A stretch of 63,367 nucleotides of DNA, filler included, from Stramenopiles sp. TOSAG23-3 (taxonomy: Eukaryota): NCBI GenBank assembly GCA_900128585.1. It is 12 parts of 12 records of this genome, joined end to end, with 100 filler letters (N's around TTAATTAATTAA, not from the genome) between each part and the next. Parts side by side here need not be neighbours in the genome. Positions count along the whole stretch, not along the records: positions 53,275 to 59,818 come from LT643295.1; positions 59,919 to 61,002 come from LT646527.1; positions 61,103 to 62,185 come from LT646528.1; positions 62,286 to 63,367 come from LT646529.1; 8 more parts are not named here. The stretch is one strand, 5' to 3'. Position numbers and translations under genes: made by a program. Every line of letters begins with the position of its first letter. The stretch's first letter is position 1. Shown here piece after piece: positions 56,905 to 63,367 of this stretch. Below the pieces are notes generated by a model. That model did not search any database, had not been told where the DNA came from, and saw nothing but the letters and a program-made list of their open reading frames with translations.

Positions 56905-57198
56905 TCAACACCGTGTGAGATACACTGCTAGTATGTGCTTGTTTTGAAGTATGCAGGAGAGCAAGAAAGGGTTTCTTTTCTTCAGTCTTTGCAAAAAGAA
57001 CCGTAAAAATAGCCTGGGATTATTTTTAATTTCATGACGCAGCTGATAAATATATGGATATTCCTCCAGAAGCTCCAAAAGTTGCCGTTGAGGAATCGTT
57101 CGCCGGTCCCGCCCGTCTGTTAGCGAATTCGATTCCAGAACCTTGAAGCATTGTTGCTTTTCGGACGCTGGCGAACACAGCGATGACTTTGGGGCCAT
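56905..57198 (-). CDS. Small protein (97 aa) with a RAD23 XPC-binding/STI1-like domain
   Basis: LELLEEYPYIYQLRHEIKNNPRLF...LQRLKKRNPFLLSCILQN aligns by eye with the RAD23 XPC-binding pattern LEFL...P.FQQMR..IQQNP.LL..LLQQIG..NPQLLQ.I.Q. Confidence 0.55.
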   Translation of the reverse strand: MAPKSSLCSPASEKQQCFKVLESNSLTDGRDRRTIPQRQLLELLEEYPYIYQLRHEIKNNPRLFLRFFLQRLKKRNPFLLSCILQNKHILAVYLTRC

Positions 57199-57846
57199 CG
57201 CATACAATCAGGTACTGCACAAAAAAATATAGCTCTATCTTCAGGCGTTTGCCATAATTATGAGTCAATTTTAGCGGGTTCTTGAACTTCACCCTGGCCG
57301 ATAAAAAATGACGCAGATGATCAGCCTCGTCGTCCTCGTTTGTTACAATAATTTGTTGTTTTGTTGGACGACGATGACGGACGACGACTGTGCTGCAAGT
57401 GTTCAGATAAACATAAACACAGCATTAAGACACAACTAAGCTAACATGAACTTCACCTTCAAAATAATAATTGTTGGTAAATACAACAAGTACATTAGCT
57501 ATACACAGCACGGGAATAAAATCCATTGCAAGCAGACTTCTCACATTCAATTGTTTTTGCGAGCCATGCTGTTCTTTGCGCCCTGTTATGTACGGTAGCT
57601 AAGAGTAGCAGTAAAAAAAGAGAACAACTACGGTATTAATACCTGGAATTTTACCTGGTTCCCGTACAGGTCCCTACTTTCTTCATCTGCTGTATTAAAA
57701 TATCTTTAAAAAAAACAAATTATATTATCTTTATATTATTATAGTCGTCTACGTATATAATATCTAGATATATTTAATACTGTAAACGCTTTCAATCTAC
57801 TTACTCATTTCAAATTCGGCAATACACCGCAGCTGAGCACAGATTC

Positions 57847-59352
57847 TTAATGAGATAATTTATTTCGTATATAAACGCCCATTCCAATAAAACTTAATAG
57901 CCACGCGACAACGATCTTCCCCCTAGGCTTTGCACGAGGACCATTGTACTTTCTTCCATAATAGTCAATGGCATCAAACTCTGCTTCGTTTGAACATATT
58001 GGCGAGCCTGCGGCATTTTCCAGAGAAATCGAAAACCCACAAGTTTCATCATCATGCGTCGACATATGGCAACAAATATTTTGAAATACAGAAGGGGGTT
58101 TGAAATTAATGTTCAACAAGAAGGGTTGGGTCTTCGTGGGAAAAATGTCCGAGTCTAGCGTTAACGCCAGGGTGTAATCTACGGTGCTCCTACACAAAGA
58201 CTTTCTTGCATTGTAATTGAAGGTTAGGCTTGCGCGACTGGCCCCAATCGGTTGCAGTACTTCTTGAAAATCAACCACACCCCCAGAACCTCCCATCCCC
58301 CCTTGCCCCCTGCCAACGCTTTCGTTAGCAATACCCCCAGAAACAGATTCATCGAGGCTTTTTTCGATACAGACGGGCGAGCGATAAAATCGTAGGTAAA
58401 TTTTCCAGCTCCTTTGCCTGGAGGGTAATATTGCAGTCGCATGCCTTGATGTTAACTTAAGTTTCATATGTGCAATACGAAAAAACTGCCCAGAATATAT
58501 AGGACTTCTATAAAGACTGTTTTGATGGTACAAGAAACCATTATTGCGTAAGAAATAATTTTTGCCGATTTTCACAGTTAGGGTCTCGACGATTGGGTTT
58601 ATATCTGATGCAGAACCCAGCATTTTTTTGATCCCTTTCACATGTCCATCCCCCACAATAGCGACGGCAATCTCCCCCGGTTTCAACAAAGTGTTTATGC
58701 GGCTGCACATCCATACGTTTCGTTCCACTAAAAGAATCTCAATCAATGTAGGGTAGCTTCGTTGAAATTCTTGTTGAAGAACTTCTAGAAAACCACTCCC
58801 ATTTTCCATATGGTTTTCAATAATTCTTTCAACAGAATTTTTTGATAGAAAGGAGGTGAACGCGATTTCGAACAAAAGCCGGGTTAGGAATACCAGCTTT
58901 TCAAAAGGAGGGAGGGACGACTGCATTCTTCCCACTGTTCTGCTTGCAGCACGATCAATTAAATGGACGGGCTTTCCATATTTCAAGCCAATCTCATTTG
59001 CGACGTAAAACTCTTCTCCAACCCGAAGATCGAGCTTCCGTCCGACCATGCGCTGTCCACGCGAAAGCATGTTCTTTAAATCAAAGGCGCGCATACCTTT
59101 TGCTGTCTTGCTGCTTCCCGTCATTTTTCGCTCCAACAGGCCTTTCCTTTCTCTACACAACTCCAAAAATATTCGATCAGGCACCAAATGCTCGCAGATT
59201 TTGAATACTAAATCACTGCTCTTGACATGGACGTGCGCAGTTCCAACCAGAACGACAACTCCACCGCTCGGGTGCTCAAGCACCTCGACGTGCTTCAAGT
59301 CCCCGCAAAGGTTTTGGACGCGTGCACAGACGCTGTCGACTAGAGACTGCAT
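57847..59352 (-). CDS. TraB/PrgY/GumN family (TRABD-like) protein with a C-terminal extension and predicted tail anchor
   Basis: VVLVGTAHV, FLELC..R, GEEF, LIDR, VERN and IVGDGHVKGI. C-terminal hydrophobic helix IVVAWLLSFIGMGVYI. First ATG at 59352. Confidence 0.85.
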   Translation of the reverse strand: MQSLVDSVCARVQNLCGDLKHVEVLEHPSGGVVVLVGTAHVHVKSSDLVFKICEHLVPDRIFLELCRERKGLLERKMTGSSKTAKGMRAFDLKNMLSRGQRMVGRKLDLRVGEEFYVANEIGLKYGKPVHLIDRAASRTVGRMQSSLPPFEKLVFLTRLLFEIAFTSFLSKNSVERIIENHMENGSGFLEVLQQEFQRSYPTLIEILLVERNVWMCSRINTLLKPGEIAVAIVGDGHVKGIKKMLGSASDINPIVETLTVKIGKNYFLRNNGFLYHQNSLYRSPIYSGQFFRIAHMKLKLTSRHATAILPSRQRSWKIYLRFYRSPVCIEKSLDESVSGGIANESVGRGQGGMGGSGGVVDFQEVLQPIGASRASLTFNYNARKSLCRSTVDYTLALTLDSDIFPTKTQPFLLNINFKPPSVFQNICCHMSTHDDETCGFSISLENAAGSPICSNEAEFDAIDYYGRKYNGPRAKPRGKIVVAWLLSFIGMGVYIRNKLSH

Positions 59353-59818
59353 GCCTGTCAGTGGCAAAACTAGCAAAGTATTTTAAAGTGAATTTACCAG
59401 CAGGGAAAACGTTGGAATTTTAGGCACCCTTCGATTTTGGCCGTACACGAGGAGAAAGACAAATTCAATATAGCCCCCCGTATTAAATTTATTTAATATT
59501 ATTAATAATTTGTTTTATTATTGTTGTTGTTGTAGTCGTCTAACTGTATATATATATTAATAGCAGGAATAATAATAAAAATAATAATATAATAATACCA
59601 GTAAGAAGAAAGAAAAGTATTATAATAAAATTTACCGTATTATATATTATTATAATACTTCGGCAGGCATACCTAATTGAAAGCAATCTCCTGAATAAAT
59701 ACAGCCTTTCAACAAAATGCCCCCAATGTCATGATGGAACGGGTTTACGTATCCGTTCGTCCTTGCTATCCACGATGCGAACATATTGTAATGTTGCCTT
59801 CCTATATCGGTCCCATAC

Positions 59819-59918
59819 NNNNNNNNNNNNNNNNNNNNNNNNNNNNNNNNNNNNNNNNNNNNTTAATTAATTAANNNNNNNNNNNNNNNNNNNNNNNNNN
59901 NNNNNNNNNNNNNNNNNN
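59819..59918. other. Artificial contig linker
   Basis: N44-TTAATTAATTAA-N44. Confidence 0.99.
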
Positions 59919-60812
59919 CGGGAAGCTTGTGTTCATTTCATTCCCTGGGCTTCCCGGCACATTTCCGGCGCCTGCCTCTTTTGTCCCAATTTCACCCACA
60001 CTTGACAGCATCGGCACTGGGCTGGAAGAGCGGGGTTGGTTCCCTGAACGTGGTGAAATAGGCCTTTGTTTCATAAGTTTCAAAGCCTCTTCGTTCTGAA
60101 CAAAGCTGTACAATCCAACGTGGCCATCGTCGGAGCCTATCAGTAAGGTGCTTCCTGCGTCCGATGTTTCTATGGCAATGGCGACAGCATTGTAAGGGAT
60201 GTCGCACGTAATAACAGGCTCAATACCAATCCGATTTGACAGCTCCCCACCAACCCCCTCCCCGCGCGCACTTCGCGAACTCCACGGCACATCAAACAAA
60301 AACAAGCGCCCTTCGGCAGAGGCAGCGACAATACAGTGGCGCTTCAGCGTCGTCTCTAGCTGCGTATCTTCCACAAACATAGTCCCAACCGCCACAGCCA
60401 TGATCGTGCCAAGGCCACTTACACTCTGCAGCCACGGTTTCTGGTCATGGAACCCTTTGAATATTAGCACTCTCCCAAACATTGTCCCGACGACTAGCTC
60501 GAGATCGCCGTCCCCATTAACGTCTCCCGCGGTGATTGCGTTTGGCATAATGTTTCCGTGCCCAGGCTTGTAGCTTGTGGTTGTCGTGGGAGCCCCAGAG
60601 CTGTTGTCAGCTTCAGGGCTTGATCGCGCCGGGGAGTGCCCGCCCTTTTGGACGTTGGAACCCAGAGCACTCGTGGTATGCGCCAGGGAAAATAAATGCT
60701 TTGGAATTAGTTTGACCACTCTATCGGCTTGGCTCTGGTGGGTATCCCACTCTTGGGACGCCACGTTCGCAGACGCCAGCGCAGCGCCAACATCGCGGGT
60801 GGACGCATACAT
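59919..60812 (-). CDS. ITFG2: ITFG2-like (KICSTOR subunit) FG-GAP beta-propeller, N-terminal part; 3'-truncated
   Basis: NIMPNAITAGDVNGDGDLELVVG..G.V.IFK...PW...G.I.AVAVG...VAASAEGRLFLFD follows the ITFG2 N-terminal pattern. Confidence 0.75.
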
Positions 60813-61002
60813 TTGGCCGCCAAGGCCCAGATCTTTCTAATATTTTCGTACAGAAGCCGACTGCACCCGTCCCTTCTCTTTTTCATAAAAGTGATTAACA
60901 AAATTTGCAACTGTTTCAACAAATTAAATAAATGATAAAACATGTTCACATCTTGTTGTGTTTGTTATTTTTATATTCTCTCTACAATTATATTTTTTTA
61001 TT

Positions 61003-61102
61003 NNNNNNNNNNNNNNNNNNNNNNNNNNNNNNNNNNNNNNNNNNNNTTAATTAATTAANNNNNNNNNNNNNNNNNNNNNNNNNNNNNNNNNNNNNNNNNN
61101 NN
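61003..61102. other. Artificial contig linker
   Basis: N44-TTAATTAATTAA-N44. Confidence 0.99.
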
Positions 61103-62185
61103 TTAGCATCTTGTCCCAATATTGTTTCTGAGCTGAAACAAACCCATCTTCAAGTATCCAAGAGAGTAGAAGGGTTGTCTGAATTCAATGTTGAACAAAC
61201 ATACGATTCGACTGAACTGCAATGGAAACTGATGCAATGGCCGTATACGATAACAAAAATATGTGACGAGTGTTCCGTCACCATAGCAATGTTAACAAGT
61301 AGAATGAAAAAGGTCATCTCAAGGGAAACCAGAGTGTTGGACGATGCTGTGAAACAATTGCGAGTAGAAGCAAACAAATTTAGAAAAGTAGGAGGTTTGG
61401 AAAGGGTTGATCTGGTAGCAGGGGAAGCTGCGTCAATGCAAGGCCGACTTGAAAATGCTAACGATAAAGCCCAAGAATTAATTCAACGTGAGCTGTACTT
61501 AGATGAAACCCCAAATGATTTTATGGAGTTGGGCAGCGTCATGCGCAACTTTCTGCCGTTTTTTCAACTTTGGACGTCGCTGTCCGATGCATTGGCCGAC
61601 ATAAAAACCTGGAAAAAATCGTCGTTGTGGGTTTTGGACACAACCGACATATCCGCCAAAGTCAGCAAATGGAATGAAGAAACCCAAAGTTTGCTTCACT
61701 ACTTTCAAAAAGAGCGAATACGCGATCCAAAAACGGTGGCCGAATTCTTCGGTCAAACCGTAACAGAATTTCTGTTGCAGCTGCCTCTGATTACAACATT
61801 GCGTGATTCTGCTCTGCAGCCCCGCCATTGGGTTGAGATTGCAGAAATAATTGGGTTTGCCATCAGCCCCGACACACCACTTACATTAGATTTTGTTATT
61901 TCCAAGGAAAGTATTCATCAAATAGACAAAATGCAAGTCGTACTGGCGCGAGCAACGAAAGAAATGGCTTTGGAAGTACAAATCAACGAGGCCATCTCTC
62001 TCTGGGAAGATATTGAGGTCAAAATAACTTTTTGCGCGGAGAAAGAAGGCTGGTTTGTTGTTTCTGATTTTATTTGTGTCTACAACGAAATAGATGATTT
62101 GATAATCGCAACTGAGAAAATATTGATGTCGCGATATATCAATCCTTTGAAGTCTCAGGCAGACTCCCTTATGAAAGCATTAGCT
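61103..62185 (+). CDS. Dynein heavy chain-like internal fragment (tail/linker, DHC_N2 region)
   Basis: The whole contig is one open frame. PFFQLW, LPLITTLRDSALQPRHWVEI..IIG and ATKEMALE..I....W are DHC_N2 hallmarks. Confidence 0.85.
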
Positions 62186-62285
62186 NNNNNNNNNNNNNNN
62201 NNNNNNNNNNNNNNNNNNNNNNNNNNNNNTTAATTAATTAANNNNNNNNNNNNNNNNNNNNNNNNNNNNNNNNNNNNNNNNNNNN
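62186..62285. other. Artificial contig linker
   Basis: N44-TTAATTAATTAA-N44. Confidence 0.99.
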
Positions 62286-62662
62286 AGAAGAAGAAGAAGA
62301 AGAAGAAAGAAGAACGAAAGAAGAAGAAAGAAGAAGAAGAAGAAAGAAGAAGAAGAAGAAAGAAGAAAGAAGAAGAGAAGATTACATATAATCATATAAT
62401 AAAACATCAAAATATATATATAGAAATAGAATGAAGCAATTGTTTAAAATATATATTGAAAAAGCCTCACAGTAGCGTGACATAAGGATAGTATTGAATT
62501 ATTATATCATATGATCATATCATATTAAAGATTTTAAGCAGAGATGGTTCTCTCTTCTTCTCTCTTCTTCTCTCTTCTTCTTTCTTCTCTTCTTCTCTCT
62601 TCTCTTCTTCTCTCTTCTCCCTTCTCTTCTTTCTTCTCTTCTCTCTTCTTCTCTTATCTCTT
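62286..62662. repeat. Low-complexity GAA-rich (62286-62380) and TTC/TC-rich (62548-62662) tracts
   Basis: Read directly. Confidence 0.9.
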
Positions 62663-63367
62663 ATATATCTATAAATAATCTCATCTTGATTGGTGGATTG
62701 GATGATTGATGATTGGATTCAATTTAAATTCAAGTGTGAGATGTGAGAAGAGAGTGTGTAAAAAATATGAAATAATCGTTATAAAAAAATAAAAAATATT
62801 TATTTATAAAAATAGTAGGAATATATAAATATAGAAGAAGAAGAATAGTAGAGAGAGAGAGAGGAGAGTGTTGCATTATTGTTTTATTATTATTATTATA
62901 TATACATCTCATAGGGAGGAATAACAATAATAATCATGATCATCATATCACACAACAATTATATAGACAGGACAACGGACAAGGAAAGGAAGAAAAGAAA
63001 GAGGGAGAAATGAAAAGGAAGAAAAGAAAGGTGGAAAGGCCACTTATGCATTGAACAAATTTTTATTCTTTCTACGACGTATTTGATTGATTATATTGGT
63101 GGGGTGGCATAAGCGATATCGTTGGTGTTTCATTTTCATTGGTCCAACCGATACTTTGCTGTGCGTGGTATCCATCCATCCATCGATCGATCGATCCGCC
63201 AATCGGTCGATCGAAATATGAGGGCCATGAAGAAGAAAATGATGCATCGGTCGAGGGGGGACAAACGGAATGGGGGAAACCCTTCGACCCCAACGGCGGC
63301 GGCCAAGATTAAACCGCAGAAGAAAAAATACCTGTTCATCGAATCGGGGGACGACAGACAAACCCCC

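Noticed and set aside
6684..62185. Two dynein fragments plus IQ/EF-hand proteins as a flagellar gene cluster
   Set aside because: They lie on different contigs joined artificially, so no linkage can be inferred.
6628..62241. Regularly spaced TTAATTAATTAA repeats (about every 6.65 kb) as a biological repeat or CRISPR-like array
   Set aside because: Each is flanked by exactly 44 N on both sides. It is a six-frame stop linker, and the spacing reflects contigs sorted by size.
63044..63361. Short minus-strand ORFs in the last contig, one with a signal-peptide-like start (63136-63339)
   Set aside because: They run through GATC/ATCC microsatellites, show no homology and are cut by the window edge, so they cannot be supported.

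Overview
This window is not one contiguous locus. It is 12 short eukaryotic contigs joined by an artificial 100-nt linker (44 N + TTAATTAATTAA + 44 N). The internal contigs are 6573, 6565, 6560, 6551, 6550, 6548, 6544 and 6544 nt, then 1084 and 1083 nt, so neighbours across a linker are not genomic neighbours. The DNA comes from a gene-dense, intron-poor flagellated protist with AT-rich intergenic DNA and the standard genetic code; a stramenopile-like origin is my inference only. Recognisable genes: POLE, axonemal dynein DNAH10 (with a 1-nt homopolymer frameshift), a second dynein heavy chain fragment, RPS15, a CLC channel, ALDH, GMPS, CDC20, ITFG2, a TraB-family protein, a HERP-like UBL protein and an MSS51/ZMYND15-like protein. 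Unusual multidomain proteins: an ePHD/pre-SET/SET protein with a PDZ domain inside a degenerate SET, an EF-hand/RCC1 protein with an inserted F-type lectin domain, IQ/WW proteins and a PDZ/C2 protein. Non-coding signals recurring across independent contigs: an oriented 3'-flank element (AAAATTGGCTGTTATTTA) and an intergenic motif family (TAGTCGTCTA, TACGAGG). There is also one GC-rich ~110-nt fold-back. I found no rRNA, tRNA, CRISPR array or transposase gene, and no multi-gene system can be inferred because of the concatenation.
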